DNA from: an uncultured Gammaproteobacteria bacterium
GTDB lineage: Bacteria > Pseudomonadota > Gammaproteobacteria > Pseudomonadales > JAHEGP01
Direction of reading: 5' to 3'
DNA: 64,000 bases
NCBI GenBank assembly: GCA_963808975.1
Contig: CAWEHR010000008.1
Location: 114,493-178,492, forward strand
A model generated the notes under the pieces. It did not search any database. It was not told where the DNA came from and saw nothing but the letters and a program-made list of their open reading frames with translations. Below, one piece after another: positions 1 to 9,110 of this stretch. Both the position numbers and the translations under genes were made by a program. How positions within the stretch are numbered: position 1 is the first letter of the stretch; every line of letters begins with the position of its first letter.

Positions 1-1009
1 CCATACCGAGAGACGCGATATGTACTTGTCACGGGTCGCGGCCGTCAACGCGGGCCTGCCCCACGATACCCCGGCACTGACGGTCAACCGCTTGTGCGGA
101 AGTGGTATGCAGGCCATTGTATCGGCGATGCAATTGATTCAACTGGGCGATTGTGACGCTGCCGTTGCCGGAGGCGCCGAATCCATGAGCCGTAGTCAGT
201 ACTGGCTACCCACCCAGCGTTTCGGCCAGCGCATGGGCAACGCCACGGCCATCGATGCCATGGTTGGCGCTCTGTCAGACCCCTTCGAAGGCACTCATAT
301 GGGCGTTACCGCAGAAAATATTGCCAAGAAGTGGGGCATCAGTCGGGAAGACCAGGACGCACTGGCAGTAGAAAGCCACCAACGGGCCGCCAGGGCTGCC
401 AAGGCGGGGTACTTCAAGGACCAGATACTGCCCGTGGAGATCATGGTGCGACGCCAGCCGGTTCAGTTCGATACTGATGAGCACGTGCGTGGCGATGCCA
501 ACCTGGAAGGGATGGCCAAGTTACGTCCTGCGTTCGACAAGGAGGGTAGTGTCACCGCGGGTAATGCCTCCGGCCTGAACGACGCCGCTGCCGCCGTAAT
601 TTTAATGGGGCGCGATGCCGCCGAGAGCCGAGGACTGAAACCCATGGCCCGGATGGTGGATTACGCCTTCGCCGGGGTTGACCCCAAGTACATGGGCATC
701 GGGCCGGTTCCCGCCATACGCAACGTACTGGAAAGAACCGGGTTGAGTATTGCTGACTTCGATGTGATCGAGCTCAATGAAGCGTTTGCCGCACAGGCGC
801 TGGCGGTGGTTCGCGATCTCGATCTGCCGGCAGACAAGGTAAACCCCAATGGCAGCGGTATTTCGCTGGGTCACCCCATCGGGGCAACGGGTGCCATCAT
901 CACCGTCAAAGCCCTGTACGAATTGCAGCGGACAGGGGGCCGTTACGCGCTGGTCAGCATGTGTATCGGTGGAGGCCAGGGCATCGCCGCTGTGTTTGAG
1001 CGACTGTAA
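1..1009 (+). CDS. acetyl-CoA C-acetyltransferase (thiolase II, PhaA-like), 5'-partial at window edge
   Basis: The reading frame is open from the window edge, with no stop before nt 20. It has the thiolase active-site Cys motif VNRLCGSGMQAI and the C-terminal motifs NEAFAAQ, GHPIGATG and CIGGGQG. It lies directly upstream of a PHA synthase. Confidence 0.9.
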   Translation, partial: HTERRDMYLSRVAAVNAGLPHDTPALTVNRLCGSGMQAIVSAMQLIQLGDCDAAVAGGAESMSRSQYWLPTQRFGQRMGNATAIDAMVGALSDPFEGTHMGVTAENIAKKWGISREDQDALAVESHQRAARAAKAGYFKDQILPVEIMVRRQPVQFDTDEHVRGDANLEGMAKLRPAFDKEGSVTAGNASGLNDAAAAVILMGRDAAESRGLKPMARMVDYAFAGVDPKYMGIGPVPAIRNVLERTGLSIADFDVIELNEAFAAQALAVVRDLDLPADKVNPNGSGISLGHPIGATGAIITVKALYELQRTGGRYALVSMCIGGGQGIAAVFERL

Positions 1010-1255
1010 TACCTAGGGTCGCCGGGTCCGAGCGCGCACCAATTGCGGTGCGCGCTCGGGTGCCTTTCAACACTGGCCGGGTGTTGAAAAAGTCGTCGAG
1101 ACTTTTTCAGGCCACGCGAAGGACGAATCGCCAATGTCCTTTGCTCGCAAAATCAACAAACCAAGCTTGTCGGTTTTGCCGACCCACCCAGCCGCAGAAT
1201 CAGGCCGCAGATGCATAGAATTGCAGCAGGCTGCGAGGGCACAACAGGAGTGAAA

Positions 1256-3049
1256 ATGGACGCAACCGTTAAAGAAGAAAACAATGCCAAGCTGGGGGAC
1301 TCCATCAATCAGTTCCTGGCTGATTTTGAAGTATTGGGTGAACATCGCGCAGACACCATGAATCACGAGTTCATGGCTTTTCTCGCTCGCGCTACCAAGG
1401 GCATGTCACCACTGGAACTGGTCAATGCCTATATCGACTGGCTCGGGCACCTTGCTGTTTCACCGGGCAAGCTTGCAATGCTGGCGCAAAGCCTGGTGCG
1501 CAAACTGATGCAACTGGGGCTGTATAACGTTCGTTCAATGGTAAACCCCGACGCTTCGAAGCCGTCCAGGCTGGTGGAACGGCAACTGCAGACCGATGCC
1601 TGGAGGCGCTGGCCCTTCAATGTATTTGCGCAGAGCTACCTGGTCAGCAAGGAGTGGTGGAAAGAGGCGACCACCGGCATCGAGGGGTTGAACAAGGAGC
1701 ACGAGCGGCTGGTAAGCTTTATGGCCGAGCAAATCCTCGAGACCATGTCGCCGGCGAACTTCCCGCTGTCCAATCCCGAAATAATATCCACCACCGTCAA
1801 GGAACGCGGCTCCAACCTCAAACGCGGCTTGACCAACTACCTTGATGACAAGGTACGCCAGGCTACCGGTAAGCCGATTGCGGGAAGGGAAAACTTCAAG
1901 GTCGGGGAAACGGTGGCGATCACACCGGGCAAGGTGATATTTGAGAACAGCCTCATGGAGCTTATCCAGTACGAGCCAAGCACCGAAACCGTCTGCGCCG
2001 AACCGGTATTCATCGTGCCGGCATGGATCATGAAATACTATATTCTCGACCTGTCGCCAAAGAACTCCATGGTCAAGTACCTGGTGGACCAGGGCAAGAC
2101 GGTGTTCATTATTTCCTGGAAAAATCCCTCGGCGGAGGACCGGGAAATCACCCTGGAAGACTACCTCAAACTTGGCCTGATGCAGGCGCTGGACGTCATC
2201 GGTACTGTTGTCCCCGGGCAGAAGGTGAATTCGGTGGGGTATTGTATCGGGGGCACTTTGCTGTATATCGCCGCCGCACTGATGGCGCGGGACAATGACG
2301 ACAGACTCAGCAGTATCTCGATATTTGCGGCCCAGGCTGACTTCAGCGAGGCCGGTGAGATCCGCACCTTCCTCAGCGAGAGCATCTACGCGTTCCTGAA
2401 AAACCTGATGCGCAAACAGGGCTACCTGGGGCTGGAAAATATGGGTGGGGCGTTTGCAGCGCTGCGCGCAACCGACCTTATTCACACGCCCAAGGTGGAT
2501 CGCTACTGGTTGGGCAAGGAAAGCACCATGAATGACCTGATGGCCTGGAATGCCGACGGTACTCGCATGCCCTATTGCATGCATAGCGAGTATCTGCGAA
2601 CGCTCTATATGGATAACGACCTGGCGGAAAATCGCTTTATTGTCGACGCTATGCCGATAGCGGTGAGTGACATCGAAGTGCCGTTTTTCGTTGTGGGAAC
2701 CAATACCGATCACGTGGCGCCGTGGCAGTCAGTGTACAAGGTTCATCGCCTGAACCCGGGGGAGATTACCTTTATGCTGACCAGCGGCGGGCACAATGCC
2801 GGTATCATCAGCGGTCCCAGCCATCCGCGCAGAACCTACCAGATGGCAACGCGCAAGGCAGGCGAAAAGTACGTCGACCCGCAAAGCTGGATCGACAACA
2901 CGCCGGTGGAAAAAGGCTCCTGGTGGCCGGTATGGAACGACTGGCTGGATGCGCACAGCTCCAAGCAGGTCAAGCCACCAGCCATGGGAGCACCGAGAAA
3001 GGGCATCAAGGTGCTGCGCGATGCCCCCGGGGAGTACGTTTTGGGCTGA
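1256..3049 (+). CDS. phaC: class I poly(3-hydroxyalkanoate) synthase
   Basis: The long ORF spans 1211-3049. I moved the start to ATG 1256, which is preceded by AGGAG at 1246-1250. It has a PhaC-type N-terminal region and an alpha/beta-hydrolase core with the lipase-box-like GYCIGG (Cys nucleophile). At about 598 aa it is class I sized. Confidence 0.92.
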   Translation: MDATVKEENNAKLGDSINQFLADFEVLGEHRADTMNHEFMAFLARATKGMSPLELVNAYIDWLGHLAVSPGKLAMLAQSLVRKLMQLGLYNVRSMVNPDASKPSRLVERQLQTDAWRRWPFNVFAQSYLVSKEWWKEATTGIEGLNKEHERLVSFMAEQILETMSPANFPLSNPEIISTTVKERGSNLKRGLTNYLDDKVRQATGKPIAGRENFKVGETVAITPGKVIFENSLMELIQYEPSTETVCAEPVFIVPAWIMKYYILDLSPKNSMVKYLVDQGKTVFIISWKNPSAEDREITLEDYLKLGLMQALDVIGTVVPGQKVNSVGYCIGGTLLYIAAALMARDNDDRLSSISIFAAQADFSEAGEIRTFLSESIYAFLKNLMRKQGYLGLENMGGAFAALRATDLIHTPKVDRYWLGKESTMNDLMAWNADGTRMPYCMHSEYLRTLYMDNDLAENRFIVDAMPIAVSDIEVPFFVVGTNTDHVAPWQSVYKVHRLNPGEITFMLTSGGHNAGIISGPSHPRRTYQMATRKAGEKYVDPQSWIDNTPVEKGSWWPVWNDWLDAHSSKQVKPPAMGAPRKGIKVLRDAPGEYVLG

Positions 3050-3141
3050 GTTCGGTAATGGCCCGAATGGCCGGCTGCCCCCAGCGGCGGCCGGAAGCAG
3101 CCGCCGGGCGGTGATCGCCGGATAGGCCGAAACCGGCGCAT

Positions 3142-3179
3142 AAAAAAACCCGCATCAGCAGTGTTGCGGGTTTTTTTTT
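3142..3179. terminator. bidirectional Rho-independent terminator between convergent phaC and ppdK
   Basis: A7 (3142-3148), stem cccgca (3149-3154), a 10-nt loop, stem tgcggg (3165-3170), then T9 (3171-3179). The U-tract is available on both strands. Confidence 0.8.
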
Positions 3180-3220
3180 GCAGGGGCGATGGCCGGCCGC
3201 CTGCGCGCGTTGTTGATCCG

Positions 3221-5827
3221 TCAGCCGTGGCTCTCTTCGCCAACGTTGGCCTGTGCCGCCGCGATGCGTGCGATAGGCACCCGGAATGGGCTGCAGGAGA
3301 CATAGTCCAGGCCGAGATCGTGGCAGAACTTGATCGATTTTGGGTCGCCACCATGCTCGCCGCAGATACCGTACTTGATCCCTTTCTTCACGGCGCGACT
3401 TTCATCGACAGCCATTTCCATGAGTCTGCCCACGGCGCGCACATCGAGGGTGACAAAGGGATCAGCGTCGATGAGCTTCTTCTCGAGGTAGCGGGGAATG
3501 AATTTCCCAGCATCGTCGCGGGAGAACCCGTAGGTCATTTGGGTCAGGTCATTGGTACCGAAGCTCATGAATTCCACCTCGGGAGCCAGCCGGTGCGCGC
3601 CCAGTGTCGCACGGGGTGTTTCCATCATGGTGCCGATTTTATAGGGTATGGAAAGCGCCTTTTTACCGAGTACCTCGCGAATGCCCTTGTCGATGATATG
3701 GGTGATCAGGCGTATCTCGCGGACGTTGATGACCAGGGGAATCATGATTTCGGGTAGTGGCTTCAAACCCTGCTCGGTGGCATCGGCAGCCGCGCTGATA
3801 ATGGCCTTGACCTGCATTTCGGTGATTTCGGGGTGCACCACAGACAGGCGGCAACCGCGGAAACCCAGCATCGGGTTGACCTCAGCCAGGCGATCAGTAA
3901 TGTCACGAATCGTCTCTTCCGGTTTGCCAATCCGCTCTGCCAATGCCTTGATGTCGGCGTCACTCTGGGGCAGGAATTCGTGCAACGGTGGATCGAGCAA
4001 ACGAATGGTGACCGGCAGGCCGTCCATTACCTTGAACAGTTCCAGCATGTCGTCATGCTGGAAGCGCAACAGCTCGTCCAGGTGGGCCTGGCGCTCTTCC
4101 TTGGTTTCAGAGAGGATCATGGCACGCATCACATCGATGCGGTCGGCGGCAAAAAACATGTGCTCGGTGCGGCACAGGCCAATGCCCTCGGCGCCAAGCT
4201 CCCGTGCCTTGGCGGCGTCTTCCGGGGTCTCCGCGTTGGCGCGCACGCGCAGCTTGCGGTACTTGTCAGCCCATAACAGCAGGGTCTGGAAATCGTCGCT
4301 AGAACTGGCTTCGGTTTTGGGGATATCACCGAGCATGACCTCCCCGGATGTGCCGTCCAGGGTAATGATATCGCCGCGCTTGATCACCTGGCCGTCGAGG
4401 GTGGTGGCCACGCCGTGCTCGATATCGACACTGAGCGAGTCACAGCCCGTTATAGCGCAAACACCGATACCCCTCGCCACGACTGCAGCGTGGGATGTCA
4501 TGCCGCCCAATTCGGTAAGAATGCCTGCCGCAACGCGCATACCATGGATATCCTCGGGTGTGGTCTCCCGCCGCACCAGAATCACGCTCTTGCCAGTGGC
4601 CGCCACTACTTCAGCCTCGTCGGCAGAAAAAACCACTTCGCCGGTTGCGCCACCAGGACTCGCCGGCAGGCCCTTGGCGATAATGTCTTTTTTCTTGTCA
4701 GGGTCGACCATCGGGTGCAAAAAAGCTTCGACGTGATCGGTTGAAACCCGCATCAGCGCCTCGCTCTCGGTGATCATGCCTTCCTTCACCATATCGACGG
4801 CAATTTTTACCGATGCGCGCCCAGTGCGTTTGCCGCTGCGGGTTTGCAACATGTAAAACTTGCCTTCCTGCACCGTGAATTCGATGTCCTGCATATCCCG
4901 ATAGTGCTTTTCCAGCATCGCCTGGGTTTTGAACAACTGGTCGTAAATCTCGGGCATACGCTCCTGCAGGGCTGACACCGGCAAGGGTGTACGAATTCCG
5001 GCAACCACGTCTTCGCCGGCGGCATTGAAAAGATACTCCCCAAAAAACTGGTGCTCGCCGGTGGCTGGGTTGCGGGTAAAAGCAACGCCAGAGCCCGAGT
5101 CGTCTCCGTAGTTGCCGAAAACCATCGCTTGCACGCAAACCGCTGTGCCAAGGCTGTCCGGAATATTGCTCATTTCGCGGTAAACGATCGCGCGGGGCGT
5201 ATGCCAGGACATGAACACGGCCTCTACCGAGCGCTTGAGCTGCTCGAAGGGATCCTCGGGGAAGTCCACCAGGGTTTTGTAAATGGCGATAATTGCCTGC
5301 CAGTCCTCGGCGGTCATCTCGGTGTCGTCTTTTTTATTGTGCTCTGCCTTGTACTTGCTGATTTCGTGCTCGAACTTCTCACCGTCGACATGCATCACCA
5401 CATCGGCAAACATCTGGATAAAACGACGATAGGAGTCGTAGGCAAAGCGGGGATTGCCGGTTTTTTTCGCGAGGCCCTCGGTAATCTCATCATTGAGGCC
5501 AAGATTGAGGATGGTGTTCATCATGCCCGGCATCGACACCGGGGCACCGGAACGTACCGAGAACAGCAGCGGGTTCTCCGGGTCACCAAAACGCGCGCCC
5601 ATTTTCTTTTCGACCAGGTCGAGGGCAACCCGGTATTCCTGCTCCAGCAGGGAAGGTAACCGGTTGCCAGACTGGAAAAATTCCCGACAGGTGCTGGTGG
5701 TGATGATAAACCCGTATGGAACCGGAAGCCCCAGCGACGTCATCTCGCAGAGATTTGCGCCCTTGCCCCCGAGCAGGTCGCGGTCGTCCTTACTGCCCTC
5801 GTGAAACAAATATACCCGCTTAGCCAT
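3221..5827 (-). CDS. ppdK: pyruvate, phosphate dikinase
   Basis: 868 aa. It has the N-terminal ATP-grasp region (LLGGKGANLCEM), the phospho-histidine loop GGMTSHAAVVARG, and the C-terminal PEP-utilising TIM-barrel region (FMSFGTNDLTQ, DYVSCSPFRVP). Confidence 0.95.
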   Translation of the reverse strand: MAKRVYLFHEGSKDDRDLLGGKGANLCEMTSLGLPVPYGFIITTSTCREFFQSGNRLPSLLEQEYRVALDLVEKKMGARFGDPENPLLFSVRSGAPVSMPGMMNTILNLGLNDEITEGLAKKTGNPRFAYDSYRRFIQMFADVVMHVDGEKFEHEISKYKAEHNKKDDTEMTAEDWQAIIAIYKTLVDFPEDPFEQLKRSVEAVFMSWHTPRAIVYREMSNIPDSLGTAVCVQAMVFGNYGDDSGSGVAFTRNPATGEHQFFGEYLFNAAGEDVVAGIRTPLPVSALQERMPEIYDQLFKTQAMLEKHYRDMQDIEFTVQEGKFYMLQTRSGKRTGRASVKIAVDMVKEGMITESEALMRVSTDHVEAFLHPMVDPDKKKDIIAKGLPASPGGATGEVVFSADEAEVVAATGKSVILVRRETTPEDIHGMRVAAGILTELGGMTSHAAVVARGIGVCAITGCDSLSVDIEHGVATTLDGQVIKRGDIITLDGTSGEVMLGDIPKTEASSSDDFQTLLLWADKYRKLRVRANAETPEDAAKARELGAEGIGLCRTEHMFFAADRIDVMRAMILSETKEERQAHLDELLRFQHDDMLELFKVMDGLPVTIRLLDPPLHEFLPQSDADIKALAERIGKPEETIRDITDRLAEVNPMLGFRGCRLSVVHPEITEMQVKAIISAAADATEQGLKPLPEIMIPLVINVREIRLITHIIDKGIREVLGKKALSIPYKIGTMMETPRATLGAHRLAPEVEFMSFGTNDLTQMTYGFSRDDAGKFIPRYLEKKLIDADPFVTLDVRAVGRLMEMAVDESRAVKKGIKYGICGEHGGDPKSIKFCHDLGLDYVSCSPFRVPIARIAAAQANVGEESHG

Positions 5828-6280
5828 ATCAGATCCTCACGTTATTCCGCGTTATTATGATGGCGCCAGTCTACACACCCGATCGTAAACTACCATGAAG
5901 CAATACTCCCTTATTGACCTCGATCAAACAACCGTTTGATTATAAAACCTGACCTTCAGCTCCAAAAATTGTGGCTTGCCGCCTTATTTCACCGATACCG
6001 GCAAATCCTGTCGGGAATATGTGCGCCGTTGGGAGTTCGATGATCGGCATCAACAATACGCAGGGCGCCGAAGTACCAAGATCGAAGCGCTGGCGGCTGC
6101 ACCGGGCGTTGCCCGTGCTTTGGACTGGCAGGTTCCTACCGACAGCGGTAGCTGGCCGGTTTGATGAAGTTGGCAATTGCAGTGCGAGCCAGTGTCGGTA
6201 TATCGGCAGCCGATCGGCAGGTTTTTTTCTGCGACCTACAATCTAGTACAACTGTCTGTATTACTGTGGGTTTTAATACT

Positions 6281-6985
6281 ATGAAAACACTGTCTTTATC
6301 TCTGGCTGTTTTTCTTATTGTGACCAGCCAATCAGCTCTCGCTAGAGGGCCGAAAAGTGTTTCGAGCGAGGAATCGGTCGACTGCAGTATTGAACACAAT
6401 AACTGGCGCAAAAATTATTGTGCCCAGATTGCCGAAGAGGAAGCGGCACGGTTAGCCGAGGAAGAAGCGGCACGATTAGCCGAGGCAGAAGCGGCACGGT
6501 TAGCCGAGGAAGAAGCGGCACGATTAGCCGAGGCAGAAGCGGCACGATTAGCCGAGGAAGAAGCGGCACGATTAGCCGAGGCAGAGGCGGCACGATTAGC
6601 CGAGGCAGAAGCGGCACGTCTGGCGGAGGAAGAAGCAGCACGATTAGCTGAGGCGGAGGCGGCACGATTAGCCGAAGAGGAAGCAGCGCGCCTGGCTGCG
6701 GAAGAGGCGGCCAGCCTGGGCACAATAACACTGCGTTGGACCATACCATCAACACGGCAAGACGGCACTCTGCTGAGCGCCTCTGAGCTGGCAAAATACG
6801 AGTTGTATATCACAACGGAATCCGATGGCGCCAGTCAGTCTGTAGTTATTGACGATCCTATGCAAACCACGCAAACGCTGACGGGTTTGCAGCCCGATGT
6901 TTACCACCTGGCGATGTCTGCTGTCGACGTCAACGGCCTGTACAGCGATCTCACCAATGTCGTAAGCATCGACTTGAATCCTTAG
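6281..6985 (+). CDS. secreted tandem-repeat protein: signal peptide, 12 x (A-E-E/A-E-A-A-R-L) helix, FN3/Ig-like C-terminal domain
   Basis: The ORF spans 6161-6985. I trimmed the start to ATG 6281, which gives a classical signal peptide (MKTLSLSLAVFLIVTSQSALA). This is followed by a charged Ala/Glu/Arg repeat and a beta-rich tail (TLRWTIPSTRQDGTLL...YELYIT...LTGLQPDVYHLAMSAVD). Confidence 0.75.
   Translation: MKTLSLSLAVFLIVTSQSALARGPKSVSSEESVDCSIEHNNWRKNYCAQIAEEEAARLAEEEAARLAEAEAARLAEEEAARLAEAEAARLAEEEAARLAEAEAARLAEAEAARLAEEEAARLAEAEAARLAEEEAARLAAEEAASLGTITLRWTIPSTRQDGTLLSASELAKYELYITTESDGASQSVVIDDPMQTTQTLTGLQPDVYHLAMSAVDVNGLYSDLTNVVSIDLNP
6431..6718. repeat. 12 head-to-tail copies of a 24-bp coding repeat (gccgaggaagaagcggcacgatta-like)
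   Basis: Read directly from the sequence. Units alternate mainly between gaa and gca at one codon and are otherwise almost identical. The last two units are more diverged. Confidence 0.95.
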
Positions 6986-7041
6986 TAGACCAGAGCACTG
7001 AATCGACCTGTAATTCCCTTGCACTCATAGGATCGTAGCGA

Positions 7042-7374
7042 ATGATGAAAATGAAGCTGTTGTTAGTCATGCTTTTCCCCCTGATTGCGTGTCCGGGTAT
7101 TGCCGACGACCTGACCATCGACGCCGCAGTGGGTGGGGGCGTTGGCGGTGCTCTGGGTGGTGCGCTGGGAGCGGAGATTGGAGGGCGGGAAGGTGCTATC
7201 GTCGGGAGTGGTATCGGCGCTGCAATAGGCACCGTTGTCGCAACGAGTGATCACCGCGAGACAGAAAAAACGACTGAACCCAAGCCAGGGGTCAGGGTAG
7301 AGTATCGCACTGAAAAGCGCCATCCTGTTCCATACCACTGTCCGCCGGGCCAGGCAAAAAAGGGCAGATGCTGA
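7042..7374 (+). CDS. small glycine-zipper lipoprotein
   Basis: Signal peptide with lipobox L-I-A-C (MMKMKLLLVMLFPLIAC). Gly-zipper segment GGGVGGALGGALGAEIGGREGAIVGSGIGAAIG. Basic Cys-flanked tail HCPPGQAKKGRC. Confidence 0.7.
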   Translation: MMKMKLLLVMLFPLIACPGIADDLTIDAAVGGGVGGALGGALGAEIGGREGAIVGSGIGAAIGTVVATSDHRETEKTTEPKPGVRVEYRTEKRHPVPYHCPPGQAKKGRC

Positions 7375-7531
7375 CCGGGTGTGCTCGACAGACCCCGGCT
7401 CCGCGGGCTGGCAATCGCGGGCTTGATACAGATTGAAGCGCATTGCACGCCTCGTTGTAACTCGCATCGCCCCGACAGCCCTGCTTCCAGCGACCCAAAT
7501 TTCCTTATATAAGCTGCCCGCGTGTTGCTGG

Positions 7532-8944
7532 TTACTTCGCGCAGTAATGCCATGGCATCACCCGTTCCATCTCATAGGCGATTTCCAGTAATCGACGTTC
7601 GTGCCCCATTGGGGCTGCGAACTGCACCCCGATCGGCAAGCCGTGTTCGCTGTGCCCCAGCGGCAGTGATATGGCGGGCGTCCCGCTGATATTGTTGTTG
7701 GGGGTAAACGGCGTGTATTGCCGCAGCCGCTCGATTGCCGTGCTCTTGTCGAGGTCCAGTGCGAGATAGCCCAACTCGCAGGGGGGTGATGCCAGTACCG
7801 GTGTCAGCAGCAGGTCATAGCGCTGAAACAGGGTCTGGTACTGTTTGCCGTAGGCCCGCAGGCGATGGATCGCCGCCGGCGAGCGCCAGCAATTACTGAC
7901 GTAGTGCCTGCTCAGATGGTGGGTTAGCGGTTCCAGCTTGTGGCGATCGTAGCCAGTGCCCGCCAGTGCGAAGCCCAGGTATTTGAGCATGGCGGCCATT
8001 CGAGCCCAGTAGAGCAGAAAATCATCCATCATCTGCGCCGTTTCTGTAAACAGTGCGAAGGTCTCCACTTGATGGCCCTGGCCGGCACAACATTCAGCCA
8101 CCTTTGCTACCGCAGCCGTGACGTCCGGGTGGCACTCGCCCCCCGCCGGGTGGGCACAGCTAACACCGATGCGCCAGCGCTTTTCTTCGCTTCCAACGAC
8201 GTGGCCGATGGCAGGCAGCGCAGGGTTGAGATAGTAGCTTTCGGCCTCGGCGTAAAAAGCGGCAGTATCCCGTACCGTGCGGCTGACAACACCATCGGCC
8301 ACGATATTGATGGGCAGGCGATCCATGAACTGCGCATGGCACAGGCGGTTGCGCGAGGGTTTCAAACCGACCACCCCACAGCAGGCTGCCGGGATCCTGA
8401 TGGAGCCGCCGCCGTCGTTGGCGTGGGCTATCGGCACCACACCCGCAGCCACCAGGGCGGCGGAACCACCCGAAGAGCCGCCACAGGAATACCCGGTATT
8501 CCAGGGGTTGCGCGTGGGTGGTGAACGGGAGAACTCCGTGGTCGCGGTCAGCCCGAATTCCGGCAGCGTAGTCTTGGCGATGGGTATGAGCCCGGTCGCG
8601 CGAAATTGCGCGGTGATCTCATTGCTACCGGAGCATACCCTATGCGGCAGCGCAGTCGAGCCATGGCGAGTGGGTAAGCCGGCGATATCGACATTATCTT
8701 TCAGCAATGACGGCACACCGGCAAGCATCGTGGTCGCGAGCTCGCCGGATGCATCGAACTCGGCGCCCGCAAAGCGCTCACAGACAATTGCATTTAATTC
8801 AGGGTTGACGGCCTGCAAGCGCCTGATGGCAGCGGCGACGGCGGCAGTCGCCTCCAGTTCACCCCTGGCCACTGCCGCCCCAATGGCCACGCCATCCATG
8901 GTGCCGAGAATATCGTTCGCAGGCGCGGCGACTTGCATTAGCAT
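7532..8944 (-). CDS. amidase (amidase-signature family)
   Basis: It carries the amidase-signature Gly/Ser-rich motif GGSSGGSAALVAAG and the downstream Ser (NDGGGSIRIPAA). The ORF extends to 9019. I prefer ATG 8944, preceded by GGGGAAG, because homologous N-termini begin near ...ELEATAAVAAAIRRLQAVNPELNAI. Confidence 0.85.
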   Translation of the reverse strand: MLMQVAAPANDILGTMDGVAIGAAVARGELEATAAVAAAIRRLQAVNPELNAIVCERFAGAEFDASGELATTMLAGVPSLLKDNVDIAGLPTRHGSTALPHRVCSGSNEITAQFRATGLIPIAKTTLPEFGLTATTEFSRSPPTRNPWNTGYSCGGSSGGSAALVAAGVVPIAHANDGGGSIRIPAACCGVVGLKPSRNRLCHAQFMDRLPINIVADGVVSRTVRDTAAFYAEAESYYLNPALPAIGHVVGSEEKRWRIGVSCAHPAGGECHPDVTAAVAKVAECCAGQGHQVETFALFTETAQMMDDFLLYWARMAAMLKYLGFALAGTGYDRHKLEPLTHHLSRHYVSNCWRSPAAIHRLRAYGKQYQTLFQRYDLLLTPVLASPPCELGYLALDLDKSTAIERLRQYTPFTPNNNISGTPAISLPLGHSEHGLPIGVQFAAPMGHERRLLEIAYEMERVMPWHYCAK

Positions 8945-9110
8945 ATGGCTTCCCCTGGCCTCGCGGCGGGCGCGGTTCAGTGAGCGACTGGCGAAAACTG
9001 CGGGATCACTATACTGCAAAAAACGGCTGATTGGTTACCTGGTGGTTTACCTGGCTGGTACTCGCGAGCGGTATCGGAGCTGGCCTGAACGCAGGCGAAC
9101 GGTCAGTCCG

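Noticed and set aside
6204-6229. Terminator-like gccgatcggc followed by T7 upstream of the repeat-protein gene.
   Set aside because: The palindrome can form only a 3-bp stem with a 4-nt loop, which is too weak to call an intrinsic terminator. No upstream transcript is evident.
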